Source of the DNA: a virus
Lineage: Duplodnaviria; Heunggongvirae; Uroviricota; Caudoviricetes
Direction: 5' to 3' (one strand)
Length of the DNA stretch: 64,000 bases
IMG/VR virus record: IMGVR_UViG_3300031718_000177
The position numbers and the translations under genes are program-made. Every line of letters begins with the position of its first letter. The first letter of the stretch is position 1. Shown here in pieces: positions 8,994-18,027 of the stretch. Under the pieces are notes generated by a model, which saw nothing but the letters and a program-made list of their open reading frames with translations, did no database searches and was not told the DNA's origin.

Positions 8994-9987
8994 CTATCGG
9001 TGCATTTGTTCTTGTGTTCCACATACGGATTGCCGCTCGCGAACCACTAAAGGACTTACCTTGATGGTGCCTCATGTTCGCATAGGCCAGTAAGAACTCC
9101 TCGGCTTTGTTGTGTCTCTGGGGGAATAAGATATCTCGGTTGCGGGCATTCCCGGCCGTGAGAGGGATACGTCCGTTGATACCGACATAGCCGGAAATAT
9201 CAAAGCAGCTATCAAAGATACGTCGGTAAATGCTACTCGCTCTCTCTCTATGCTCTACCTTGAACTTTAAGAACACCATCGGACAGCCCTTGCCCGTAGT
9301 GGGATTGGCGTCGTGGTATTCGATACATTCAAGGATGTTAAGGTTATATTTGTTGAGTATCGCTCTAAGTAGAACGATGGTATCAACGCATCTGCTAGTT
9401 TCTACCTTTGCTGTTGTGGGTAGTTCGTTGCACGTATCGAACCATACCTTTGATGCTTCCGACCCCTCGTCATCATACGGATTGCCCAGGGCTTTATATA
9501 CCCGGTTGTTTCTAATCGCCCGGCTGAATGTAAATCCGATGATAGCTCCATCCCCAAAATCAAACTGACGGAGAAACCTTGCTACCTTATCGGTTATTTC
9601 GCCGCAGAAGTCGAAGAATGCAAGGTCCGTCTCGATGGCGTTGAGATAATGTATGTTATGGCTCTCGGCTTTGCCAGTGAATAGGATATTCTCTCCATCA
9701 TCACCGGGTTCGCCTCTATCGTCATGTAAGTTAAAACCCATATCTACACTGATAGGCCACTTGTTTTTGTGGAACCATCGGAGGATATGTGCAGCTTTCT
9801 CGCAGTCGTTTTCCCACATATAGAGCAAAGTATCTTTGTTGATGATACCTTTTGCCTTGGCTAAGGTCAAGTCAAGGCACTTGTCGCTCGGGAAGAAAGC
9901 AGCAACATGAGAGTAGGGAACATCCTTGAACATCAACTCACGGCATATATCTTTGTTACGCCGAACGCGGGAGCTATCATACGGCAT
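8962..9987 (-). CDS. Putative divergent Rossmann-fold methyltransferase-like protein
   Basis: 341 aa; LYMWEND (motif II-like) and DLAFFDFCG (motif IV-like); weak. Confidence 0.4.
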   Translation of the reverse strand: MPYDSSRVRRNKDICRELMFKDVPYSHVAAFFPSDKCLDLTLAKAKGIINKDTLLYMWENDCEKAAHILRWFHKNKWPISVDMGFNLHDDRGEPGDDGENILFTGKAESHNIHYLNAIETDLAFFDFCGEITDKVARFLRQFDFGDGAIIGFTFSRAIRNNRVYKALGNPYDDEGSEASKVWFDTCNELPTTAKVETSRCVDTIVLLRAILNKYNLNILECIEYHDANPTTGKGCPMVFLKFKVEHRERASSIYRRIFDSCFDISGYVGINGRIPLTAGNARNRDILFPQRHNKAEEFLLAYANMRHHQGKSFSGSRAAIRMWNTRTNAPIVESKSNNYDN

Positions 9988-10031
9988 AGAGAACTTCCTT
10001 GTGTTTTGTAGCGAGAGGTTAGAAAAAGAGG

Positions 10032-10409
10032 TTATTCGCCTGCTTGGCGTTGAATCCAGTACCGACCATCTTCATCGAAAAGTACCGTTTGGTTGCTACA
10101 GGGAGGCATGCCGATAGCTATTTCGCCTTCTTTGATTTTCCGCATTACATCACCAGGAGATAGCCCTTGTTTCTGGTAGTAGAGAATAGCTTTCAGCTTA
10201 CTCGTGAAGTGGTTAGTACCGACGCGAGTACCATCGTTTCTCTGTAAGGCAAATCCCTCTGGAGAAATAACATTCCCCTTAGCGGCGTTCCAGCCGGCTA
10301 GGAAATCAACTAGGCGTGCTTTATCGTGGACGATTGCTTGCTTGTAAGCCCGCCATGCGTCTGCCGCTTCGGCGCTAGATTTCCGGTAGTGAATGATGGG
10401 GCGTGTCAT
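10032..10409 (-). CDS. Hypothetical protein
   Basis: ATG 22 nt after CTGTACT. Confidence 0.7.
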   Translation of the reverse strand: MTRPIIHYRKSSAEAADAWRAYKQAIVHDKARLVDFLAGWNAAKGNVISPEGFALQRNDGTRVGTNHFTSKLKAILYYQKQGLSPGDVMRKIKEGEIAIGMPPCSNQTVLFDEDGRYWIQRQAGE

Positions 10410-10439
10410 GGTTAGTTCTTTCGGAAGCAAAAGTACAGA

Positions 10440-10590
10440 GGTAGGATTTCCACAGTCGCGAGCCGTTTCTGTTTCTTTTTAAGAGGCTATAACCTAACGG
10501 ACATTGCGTATCTGTGCAGGAGCAACAAGATGCCTACCACAAGCTTCCGTTGATTAGACCCCTCTCCTGCCTCTGTTTGCGGAAACTACC
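10440..10590 (-). ncRNA. Candidate structured RNA with possible pseudoknot
   Basis: Nested pairings GTAGG..TTTCCGC/GTGGAAA..CCTAC, AGAGG/CCTCT, GCAGGAG/CTCCTGC; crossing AACGGA/TCCGTT. Confidence 0.45.
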
Positions 10591-10945
10591 TACGCGGAGG
10601 GAGAACCGGCTTGTATCGGTAAGACACAATGAGACAATCGGCGAGCAACATACTAGCCAACTTGTTTGTGTTGTTGTTAACTAGTCGAATCCAATCATCC
10701 CGCTCTTGTTCAGTGGGATTAGGGATACGGACACTGCCTTGCCGCATCACGCGGTCATAGTTATCGCGGTCAGCCTTTTTGCGACGGCGAAACTCTTGAA
10801 CCTCTTTCTCATGGGCAAGTTGGGCTTGTAATGAACGCTGCCAGGGCTTAGAACCGCCTTGCTGGCCACCCCTGCGGCGTTTCTTCGCCGCACGTCGTTC
10901 GCGGTCCATATCTTCGCTTGACTTGTGTTTGCCATCTTTGGACAT
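10586..10945 (-). CDS. Basic hypothetical protein
   Basis: GAGGAG RBS. Confidence 0.65.
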   Translation of the reverse strand: MSKDGKHKSSEDMDRERRAAKKRRRGGQQGGSKPWQRSLQAQLAHEKEVQEFRRRKKADRDNYDRVMRQGSVRIPNPTEQERDDWIRLVNNNTNKLASMLLADCLIVSYRYKPVLPPRR

Positions 10946-11058
10946 GGATATGCTCCTCGGTCAAAGGGTTTTTTAGAAAGTTACTTGGGCGGTTTAGTTT
11001 TACCAACGCCGCACGGACGTAGTATGGAGTGTTGAACGCGGGAAAAGACTTTGTTTCG

Positions 11059-11220
11059 TTATGGATTACGTTGGCCTGTTACAAGTGCGATCAGGAACAG
11101 GACGATGAACACGACAAAGAGAACTTTCGCAACGCTTGCTGCCACACCGACAATTACGCCGAAACCAAGCATAGCAGCAATCAAGGCGATGACGAGAAAG
11201 GTGATTGCCCAACCAAGCAT
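11059..11220 (-). CDS. DUF1328/UPF0391 (YtjA-like) small membrane protein, 53 aa (not in ORF track)
   Basis: [49 protein letters not shown]; AAGGAG RBS. Confidence 0.9.
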   Translation of the reverse strand: MLGWAITFLVIALIAAMLGFGVIVGVAASVAKVLFVVFIVLFLIALVTGQRNP

Positions 11221-11263
11221 TTGTCGCTCCTTTTTTAGTTAGATGGACGCGGTTTAGTACAGT

Positions 11264-11473
11264 TTACCGACGGCCGCGAAGGACTTGAAGCCGCTCGATA
11301 AAGTTAGCTAGCTCGGCACGATTCATGTAAACGTCAATGGTGCTAGCGGTAAGTTTGATACTGAAAGCGTAAAGTTTTGGTTCGGTGCCGATCTCTACTA
11401 CATCGCCGATGGTAGCACTTTCATCGTGAGAAGGTTGCTCGGCATCATCTTTTCTCCAAAGGTTTACGTGCAT
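11264..11473 (-). CDS. Hypothetical protein
   Basis: Tiling ORF. Confidence 0.6.
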   Translation of the reverse strand: MHVNLWRKDDAEQPSHDESATIGDVVEIGTEPKLYAFSIKLTASTIDVYMNRAELANFIERLQVLRGRR

Positions 11474-11682
11474 TGTTTACTCGACTTCGTAGATTTGCCG
11501 GAAGGTGCTTCCGTGCCATTGATATTGGCAGTGGCAAGCATCAAACGGCCAACATTATCCGATTTCCAATTGCTAATAGTACAACCGCTATGGGAAAGAG
11601 CTAGAATCAGCTTGTGGTAGGACAACGCTAAACCCCCACAACCACTGAGGAAATCACCATGATATCTCATCGTGATTTGCAT
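11464..11682 (-). CDS. Hypothetical protein
   Basis: Tiling ORF. Confidence 0.55.
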   Translation of the reverse strand: MQITMRYHGDFLSGCGGLALSYHKLILALSHSGCTISNWKSDNVGRLMLATANINGTEAPSGKSTKSSKQCT

Positions 11683-12077
11683 TACCCGCCTTCATTCTCT
11701 AAGGGCGAATTGATTGGCAAAGAGTTACTCAAGGGTTGGAGTGATGGCTTCTCGGGAATCTTCTCAACCATTGAGGGGTCAAGGACGATTCTTGGGCTGA
11801 ATCTTCCGAGAAACTGACCTTCCTCAGCCATAATAGTGATTTTCTTGGTGCGGAAGTCGGTAACTCGGGCCGTAACACCAATCATGTATTTCGGATTACA
11901 TTGTTTGATGCGAACACGGTCGCCCTTAGCGAGTGCCATGAAGGTATCGCGACTTACTTGCTCGCGAAGATACTTACGGCGGTCAAGTGCCGCGTTATAG
12001 ATAGCTTCAAGGTTGTCGTCATATTTGCCGGTGCGGATATCCGCTATAAGCAAATCGGCATGAATGAGCATTGACAT
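11682..12077 (-). CDS. KOW/SH3-like domain protein
   Basis: LAKGDRVRIKQCNPKYMIGVTARVTDFRTKKITI. Confidence 0.65.
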   Translation of the reverse strand: MSMLIHADLLIADIRTGKYDDNLEAIYNAALDRRKYLREQVSRDTFMALAKGDRVRIKQCNPKYMIGVTARVTDFRTKKITIMAEEGQFLGRFSPRIVLDPSMVEKIPEKPSLQPLSNSLPINSPLENEGG

Positions 12078-12080
12078 ATT

Positions 12081-12275
12081 CTATCCTTTCAGGAAATGGG
12101 TTACACAACCGATATGAGTAGCCTTTACCGGGTCAATACCCGTAGCTACTTTGAGTTTCTTGTCGGCCATAAGGATATCTTCGGCTTCAACCTGAAAGAT
12201 AACCTTGCCGACGTTGATCTTGTTTTCAACGTCCCACTTTTGTTGATTGTTGTCGTAATAGGTGTAAGTGTTCAT
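12081..12275 (-). CDS. Hypothetical protein
   Basis: ATG 8 nt after CTGTACT. Confidence 0.65.
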   Translation of the reverse strand: MNTYTYYDNNQQKWDVENKINVGKVIFQVEAEDILMADKKLKVATGIDPVKATHIGCVTHFLKG

Positions 12276-12300
12276 TGTCGGATAGTACAGATTTAGAGGA

Positions 12301-12543
12301 TCATTCTTCTACCTCTACCATTTCGTTGTCATCAACGTGGTCGGTATGAACTGTGTATGGCGGCTCGGGATATTGGTAGGTACAGTTTTGTGGTAGCCAA
12401 GGCCCGGTTTTACAGGGCTTTGTCTTAGTCCACCATAATGTTCCTCTAAGGAACTTGGTAGCCACTTCTAGGTCGCCGAACCTACGTTTCACAATACATT
12501 TCTCTTGCGCAGAGAAAGGAAGGTCAGAATAGGGATTGAGCAT
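12301..12543 (-). CDS. Hypothetical protein (start reassigned)
   Basis: AAGGA RBS before MLNPYSD. Confidence 0.55.
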   Translation of the reverse strand: MLNPYSDLPFSAQEKCIVKRRFGDLEVATKFLRGTLWWTKTKPCKTGPWLPQNCTYQYPEPPYTVHTDHVDDNEMVEVEE

Positions 12544-12554
12544 TAGTTTATCCT

Positions 12555-12920
12555 TTAATCGTGTGTTCCTACGTGTCGGTCGCCATGAATCGGGCAGGTT
12601 GTAGCGTAAGCACATACACAAGGCAGGGGAGTTGCTTGGTCGCAGCATGCATAACGCTTGAGTGTTTCACGTTGTAAGCAATCGGTGCTACATACTCCAC
12701 GCTCTAGATGCCAGTAAGCAAAAGCTAGAGTTGTATCATCAAGTTCCTTGCCGCAGACACGGCAAAGGGTATAGGGCTTAACCCATGCCTCATCTAACCA
12801 GTAGGTTTCCGTTGGTGCTTGTTCCCACCGATAGCGTGTTCCGATTGTTCCGGCTGTTCCGGCTTCACGGTCGATGATAACTTCCGTGCCGCAGTTATGA
12901 ACTTGGATTGCTGTTGGCAT
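12555..12920 (-). CDS. Cys-rich zinc-binding protein (TRASH-like CxxC...CSxxC)
   Basis: CRVCGKEL...VCSTDC...CCD...CVC...CPIH. Confidence 0.6.
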   Translation of the reverse strand: MPTAIQVHNCGTEVIIDREAGTAGTIGTRYRWEQAPTETYWLDEAWVKPYTLCRVCGKELDDTTLAFAYWHLERGVCSTDCLQRETLKRYACCDQATPLPCVCAYATTCPIHGDRHVGTHD

Positions 12921-12954
12921 TGGTTTGCTTAGTACAGGTTAGCGGATCGGTGCA

Positions 12955-13314
12955 TCAAAAGTCATCAACGACGTTATGGTGCGAACCGCATATTCTGCAT
13001 GTTGGATATATACGGTCAGCCGGTAGCTTGGTAATAGCTACACTTAGTTCAGTGCGACCATCTAGCGATACGAGATTGACGCTAGGCCATACTGTTGTCT
13101 TTAGTTTTAGCAAGAGGCGAAGGTGGTTTTCTGCGTTCTCCAAGTCAAAAAGATGGTGATTCTCGTCGGTGAAAATTGCCTCTAATGCCGCCTTAATTGC
13201 CTTATCATGCTCATCATCGTTGCAGGCGAAGATTGCTTTGGGCTGAATATGGACTGGAAAATCATTCATATTGCGTGTTGCCATAACGACGATATACATT
13301 ATTGGTTGCCTCAA
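12955..13314 (-). CDS. Hypothetical protein with C-terminal CxxC
   Basis: Tiling ORF. Confidence 0.6.
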   Translation of the reverse strand: MRQPIMYIVVMATRNMNDFPVHIQPKAIFACNDDEHDKAIKAALEAIFTDENHHLFDLENAENHLRLLLKLKTTVWPSVNLVSLDGRTELSVAITKLPADRIYPTCRICGSHHNVVDDF

Positions 13315-13730
13315 TATGAGTGAGAAGGGCTTGTTTCGGGCAGGATTGCGTTTGCCGCTTGTTCCAGGGCAGTTAGTACAGCGATAAGGAAGCGACCATC
13401 AAGTTGCCGATATTCTCTGCCAATGGCTAGATGGCAAAGAGTATCACAACCGTCCAGAGCATTATCGTAGTAAACAGTTATCCGATAATCAAAATCTAGC
13501 TCTTCGTCTGGTTCGGTGATAACGATCCTCCGTCCGTGGTCAATTTCCTTTATCCAACAAGGGTCATCCAGAAACGAAAGGATTTGCCCTCTGGGATTAC
13601 CATCACGGTATCCGAGTTGTTCTAATTGGTCGTTGAGTCTCATGGTTTCTTCCGGCACAACACATGCCAGCAGTATGATACCTAGGTCATGCGATCTTGC
13701 GGAGCGGACGCCATTCGACGGCATGGGCAT
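13311..13730 (-). CDS. Hypothetical protein
   Basis: Tiling ORF. Confidence 0.7.
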   Translation of the reverse strand: MPMPSNGVRSARSHDLGIILLACVVPEETMRLNDQLEQLGYRDGNPRGQILSFLDDPCWIKEIDHGRRIVITEPDEELDFDYRITVYYDNALDGCDTLCHLAIGREYRQLDGRFLIAVLTALEQAANAILPETSPSHSY

Positions 13731-13957
13731 TATCTACGAATACTTCCTGCCACTCGATAAGCCCTTGGCGGTCGTTCAACCATCGTTGCATTTGTTGGCG
13801 AGATTGCTCGCGTTCTTTTTCATTCTTGAACTTGGGGAAGGTTTTGACTTGCCACATTGGGCTATCCGGTAATTATCGGTTGTATTCTGCGAAGAAGGCA
13901 TGAGGATCGTTTTCTGCCCGGCCTTGTTTCCGCTCTAATTCGGCATTCTTCCAATTG

Positions 13958-14332
13958 TCAAGTTGAGCAGTCATAACTCGGGAATGTTTTGCCTGGACGC
14001 TTAACGTATTCAGCCATAGCCGCGAACATGGTGATACCCTTATCGACACACCATTGGGCGAATGTATCGCGATATTCCTTTTTGGCTTCTGGGGAAAGAC
14101 ATAGCCAGCAGGGTAAGATTGTATCCTCTGCCGTAGCTTTTGCCAAGGCAAGGGAGAAGGCACCCAGATTGAAGTAAGTGAATTCCTTATCCTCTTCGGG
14201 GGTGAAGGTAACGGTCAGGAGAAGAAGGGGATTGGTAACTTCGTTGGGTTGGGTTTGCTTGTCCATTAGAACTTCCCTGTAATCAGGTAATGGACGCCAT
14301 GAGCCAAAAACCAGACGGTTATGCCACCACAT
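13958..14332 (-). CDS. Hypothetical protein (true start probably MDKQTQ)
   Basis: Tiling ORF. Confidence 0.6.
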   Translation of the reverse strand: MWWHNRLVFGSWRPLPDYREVLMDKQTQPNEVTNPLLLLTVTFTPEEDKEFTYFNLGAFSLALAKATAEDTILPCWLCLSPEAKKEYRDTFAQWCVDKGITMFAAMAEYVKRPGKTFPSYDCST

Positions 14333-14378
14333 CCAAGCATAGCGATGGAAAGTGGTAAGTTAGCTTCTGGGTTTAGTT

Positions 14379-14582
14379 TCATGGGAGGTTCTTATGAACA
14401 GCGATTGAAAAATACTCGCCGTGAAAGGTAACTGTTTCGAGGCGATTGGTGTTCGAGTTGCCGTCGCTTATCTGTTGGGCAAGAGAAGCAATCAATTTGA
14501 TAGCTTCAGTATGGTCCACGCGAACCATATAGCTCCACGGCATTTTTTTGCCCTTGTGCTCTTGAAATCTTATGATTTGCAT
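14379..14582 (-). CDS. Hypothetical protein
   Basis: ATG 11 nt after CTGTACT. Confidence 0.7.
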   Translation of the reverse strand: MQIIRFQEHKGKKMPWSYMVRVDHTEAIKLIASLAQQISDGNSNTNRLETVTFHGEYFSIAVHKNLP

Positions 14583-14848
14583 GGTGTTTCTTCAGTACAG
14601 ACATCGACAACGCGGCAGCGAAAGATATCATACGCTTGGCCTCGGTCCCCTTCAAGAATCACCAAAGGGCCGAAACTGGTATTACATACCCTTAAAACCT
14701 TACCTTTATGCGAGTATGTTTTCCAGTCGTCAAAGGTAATCTCAACGGTTTTACCGACCAGAGGATGCGTGTATTGATTTGGGTATAACTGCCGGTGAGT
14801 AAGAGGGGCGGGGCGAATTGCAGGGGGAATGTAGTATTCGGTAGTCAT
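14570..14848 (-). CDS. SH3-like small protein
   Basis: LVGKTVEITF...KGKVLRV...LVIL. Confidence 0.6.
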   Translation of the reverse strand: MTTEYYIPPAIRPAPLTHRQLYPNQYTHPLVGKTVEITFDDWKTYSHKGKVLRVCNTSFGPLVILEGDRGQAYDIFRCRVVDVCTEETPCKS

Positions 14849-15108
14849 GGGGTAGTTACTCCGGCTGGACGAATATAGGAGTTGCTACTACCTTGTTTGG
14901 TAAGTTCCGTAGTGCATTGTTGTAGTTCTTGGAGGGTGAGATGGGTAATGAAGCAGCGTGTTTCCCTTAACACGACCCTGGATTGACCCTGAAGCCAATC
15001 TAAGTAGCCAATATAGACGCCATCGCGAAAGACATCGCGCGACCGCATCCCTACCGCATCTCTAAATGTAAGCATGGGTTCTATCCTTGCCTTAAAAGCA
15101 CGTCCCAC
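14845..15108 (-). CDS. Hypothetical protein
   Basis: Tiling ORF. Confidence 0.5.
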   Translation of the reverse strand: MGRAFKARIEPMLTFRDAVGMRSRDVFRDGVYIGYLDWLQGQSRVVLRETRCFITHLTLQELQQCTTELTKQGSSNSYIRPAGVTTP

Positions 15109-15134
15109 ACGATGCTATGATGAGATAATAATTA

Positions 15135-15554
15135 TTATGTGATTGGCGGGACCGCCACATCAACAATAAGGATATTCCCGATTTGCTCGACTTGTTCGAC
15201 AATAAGATTACTGCCGGGACTACTTTGGAACAACTTGATAAGCTCTGGATAATCCGTTGTATCGTCCGCACGATGCACTTCCGGCCAATGATATTTACAG
15301 CCCTGCATTGTGCCGGGGATAACGACAATACAATCCATTTCATTACAAAGACCTACCAAATAGGTCTTCCCATCGTCACCATCGACAATAAACATTTTCT
15401 TGTAGTAGGTCGTGCTCTTGGGCTTGCCGGCGGTAATACGGTTGATACGCTCGCCACGCTTAGTAGCTTCAACAAAGAATTCGGCAGTAACTCGATTGCT
15501 ACCGCTAGGCCAGTTCTCGATGATTGCTCGGCGTCGAGGGTTTAAGTATTGCAT
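15135..15554 (-). CDS. Hypothetical protein (start reassigned to ATG 15554)
   Basis: CTGTACT-AGGAGGAATC-ATG. Confidence 0.75.
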   Translation of the reverse strand: MQYLNPRRRAIIENWPSGSNRVTAEFFVEATKRGERINRITAGKPKSTTYYKKMFIVDGDDGKTYLVGLCNEMDCIVVIPGTMQGCKYHWPEVHRADDTTDYPELIKLFQSSPGSNLIVEQVEQIGNILIVDVAVPPIT

Positions 15555-15571
15555 GATTCCTCCTAGTACAG

Positions 15572-15830
15572 AAAAAAAGGGACGCCGGTAGTAGCTCAAC
15601 GGTTACGGCAGCTTGAACCTAAACCTACCACTTACCGGCGTCCTAGTCGTTCTGTTTTGCCTTAATGCCGACGTAAACGTGTGGGGCTAACCCGGAGAAC
15701 AGATAAACCAAGTTTCGCTCTGATCCACCGCGAGCCATTAAGGGGCAACTACGCTAGGCGATTACTCGCTTCGGTGTTGTATCAACTATGAAAGCCCGAC
15801 CCTCAAACCCATTGACCCAAGTTAGAATTG
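15572..15830 (-). ncRNA. Candidate structured RNA ending in a long-stem terminator
   Basis: No sizeable ORF; 11-bp GGACGCCGGTA/TACCGGCGTCC stem + U7; upstream helices. Confidence 0.45.
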
Positions 15831-15836
15831 TATTCT

Positions 15837-16220
15837 TTAAACGGGGAACAAGTCCCTACCGACAATTTGCCGATATTCGCCGACGAATTCCAAACCGGGG
15901 AGCAACTCTTTGGCCTTTTGTTCTTGTTGTTCGCGGGTGTCGGGTTGATTAAGCAAGGAGTAGTTGACCCGACAGACTTGATAAATTGTTTCTGGATCTA
16001 GCCCCTTTTCTTCAGCCAAGACATCATAGTAGTTTATACGGCCAAGACAGGGGCCTTGGGGATCGGGGTTATCATTGGGCAAGTCGAAGGACTGTCCCAA
16101 GAGGCAACCACAATCTGCACCGACTCGCCAAAACTGAGTCAACTTGGAGCGATCAACAGGTTTGATGAACATCATTTGACTCCTACCAAACAGTGAAAGT
16201 CGAGGCAATCCAGGCGGCAA
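15837..16220 (-). CDS. Hypothetical protein
   Basis: Tiling ORF. Confidence 0.65.
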   Translation of the reverse strand: MPPGLPRLSLFGRSQMMFIKPVDRSKLTQFWRVGADCGCLLGQSFDLPNDNPDPQGPCLGRINYYDVLAEEKGLDPETIYQVCRVNYSLLNQPDTREQQEQKAKELLPGLEFVGEYRQIVGRDLFPV

Positions 16221-16731
16221 CTACTTTGTTTGTTCGTAAGTCCTTAAACTCTACCTTGTTAGGATAAGGCATACCTAAGAAACCCCTTGCCTTGGTGCAA
16301 TGCTCATTTATGCCGCCCGGCATATACTGTTTCATCCAGTCATCTTTAATCCACTGATGGATATCTTCGGGGATGAGTTTATCTCCCCAGAGACAAGGAA
16401 CACCATCAACTTCTAAGATGATACACGGTGCGTCTTTGAAGAATGCCGGCCCGCGAGTGATAGTACCATCGCCTTCGATACGGAAACTACCAGATTTAGC
16501 AATTCTACCCTCTATGCCGGTGAATCGCCAAATGGTTCCGGTGATAGCACCGTCGCTGTGTTCCTTATTGCTTCTCTCCCACATATACCGACATATATCG
16601 GAAGGGGAGTCGCCTACCCGATACTCATAGTCGCCTACCCGATACTCATTCTGTATCCCGGTTTGCTTGTAGCAAGCATTCGAGATAGCATCCAGGCGGA
16701 ATGCCGCCATCCTAGCACATGACCATCCCAT
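16183..16731 (-). CDS. Hypothetical protein with internal EYRVGD duplication
   Basis: MGWSC start; 21-nt tandem repeat. Confidence 0.75.
   Translation of the reverse strand: MGWSCARMAAFRLDAISNACYKQTGIQNEYRVGDYEYRVGDSPSDICRYMWERSNKEHSDGAITGTIWRFTGIEGRIAKSGSFRIEGDGTITRGPAFFKDAPCIILEVDGVPCLWGDKLIPEDIHQWIKDDWMKQYMPGGINEHCTKARGFLGMPYPNKVEFKDLRTNKVVAAWIASTFTVW
16608..16649. repeat. Perfect 21-nt tandem duplication
   Basis: agtcgcctacccgatactcat x2. Confidence 0.9.
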
Positions 16732-16756
16732 TGTAGTTTCCTATACCTTTAATTGT

Positions 16757-17084
16757 TCAAAGAGCAACAGCAATAGGTTTCAACTTTGCCCACAAGCTAT
16801 CGGCGAAGTCGTAAACTTGACTACGCAGACAACCTTGCCACACATCACTCCCGTCGATTTTCGCAGAGAATACCTTGTAAAACCTCACATCCACCTTATG
16901 CCCGTTATACTCAAACGTCAGATGATGGAAGTCTTGTCGTTGGTCGTAGTACAGTCCAAACTCAGTAACTTTAGTAGTCCGATGAAGGTAGTTCGGCTAA
17001 GAACCGCAATTCATCGAACCGCCATTCGGTGAAGTATTGGCCTTTGGTATTGCCGATAGTGTAGTTGAGATTGCTCGATTCCAT
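16757..17084 (-). pseudogene. ORF split by an apparent +1 frameshift near 16970
   Basis: MESSNL...SDY* followed by start-less frame KVTEFGLYYDQRQDF...; 328 nt = 109 codons + 1. Confidence 0.45.
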
Positions 17085-17106
17085 TGTTATTCCCGAAGAG
17101 TACAGT

Positions 17107-17454
17107 TTAGTCAAAGCCAAGTCGTGCTTTGGCTTCCTTCGCTTTCTTCGCTTGAACTTTGACAGGCACGAAGCAGAAAGAAGCAGTCACGGACTTAGCT
17201 GCCTTATCGGCATTGCTATCTTGTGCTCGAACGATTAGCTGCGGTCTACCCCGCTTAATGACCAGTGAAACCGAAAATAGTGCTTCTGTCTGCTCATCAT
17301 CGTTGAGAACGGAAATACGGCATACTTTCGCATCGTGACGGCTATACGCTTCCTCTTCCACCTGTTTGCGAGTATAGCCAAGATGCAATTCGTTGTTACG
17401 GAGACCATCTTGGGGATAAACGGGATAGTAAGGTTTGTTGATTTGAGGGAGCAT
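17107..17454 (-). CDS. Hypothetical protein
   Basis: Tiling ORF. Confidence 0.7.
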   Translation of the reverse strand: MLPQINKPYYPVYPQDGLRNNELHLGYTRKQVEEEAYSRHDAKVCRISVLNDDEQTEALFSVSLVIKRGRPQLIVRAQDSNADKAAKSVTASFCFVPVKVQAKKAKEAKARLGFD

Positions 17455-17709
17455 TTACTTTTCCTTTGTTTCAGCTAGTACAGCCGGCCCGTAGCACGGA
17501 GCGATTAAATAGGGTTGTCCACGGTCGAGGACGCCGTTATACTCATAGAGCTTACCCGCAACTGCCAAGCCAACAATAGGGAATGATTCGCCATTCACCG
17601 CATCACAGAGCATGACATTAGTAGCACGTTGTTCATTCGTCATTGCGTTGATAGCACACGAAAGCTCGTTCCAATCCATAGGTATTTGTTCCACTTCGGC
17701 TTTCGCCAT
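17455..17709 (-). CDS. Hypothetical protein (start reassigned)
   Basis: MAKAEVEQ; follows stop at 17711. Confidence 0.6.
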   Translation of the reverse strand: MAKAEVEQIPMDWNELSCAINAMTNEQRATNVMLCDAVNGESFPIVGLAVAGKLYEYNGVLDRGQPYLIAPCYGPAVLAETKEK

Positions 17710-17710
17710 C

Positions 17711-18010
17711 TCAGTATTCCTCTGATTCGATTGGTTCGTCCGTTTCGTAGTATTCTTTGATATTCGGGATGTAGTGAGATAACTTTTCCTTGCGGCACTT
17801 GTCGCAGGCATAGAACAAGAAAATGCCATGTCCGTCATGTTCTGGTTCTGGGTATTCTCCTGAACCACAAGAGCAAGTATCATCATCCTCACGTAGTCCA
17901 GAGAATACATGACCACAATTAAAACATTCTTGCCCTTCGGCGATATTATCGGGGATTGGTTCATTACAATCCGGGCATTCGCCATTGGGATAGTTATCTT
18001 TGATTGTCAT
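17711..18010 (-). CDS. Double zinc-ribbon protein
   Basis: CPDC...CFNC...CSC...CDKC. Confidence 0.7.
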   Translation of the reverse strand: MTIKDNYPNGECPDCNEPIPDNIAEGQECFNCGHVFSGLREDDDTCSCGSGEYPEPEHDGHGIFLFYACDKCRKEKLSHYIPNIKEYYETDEPIESEEY

Positions 18011-18027
18011 GGTTGTTTCCTACTACT

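Noticed and set aside
10440-10590. c-di-GMP-I riboswitch (GCAAAC present)
   Set aside because: The GNRA/receptor arrangement and the rest of the consensus do not match
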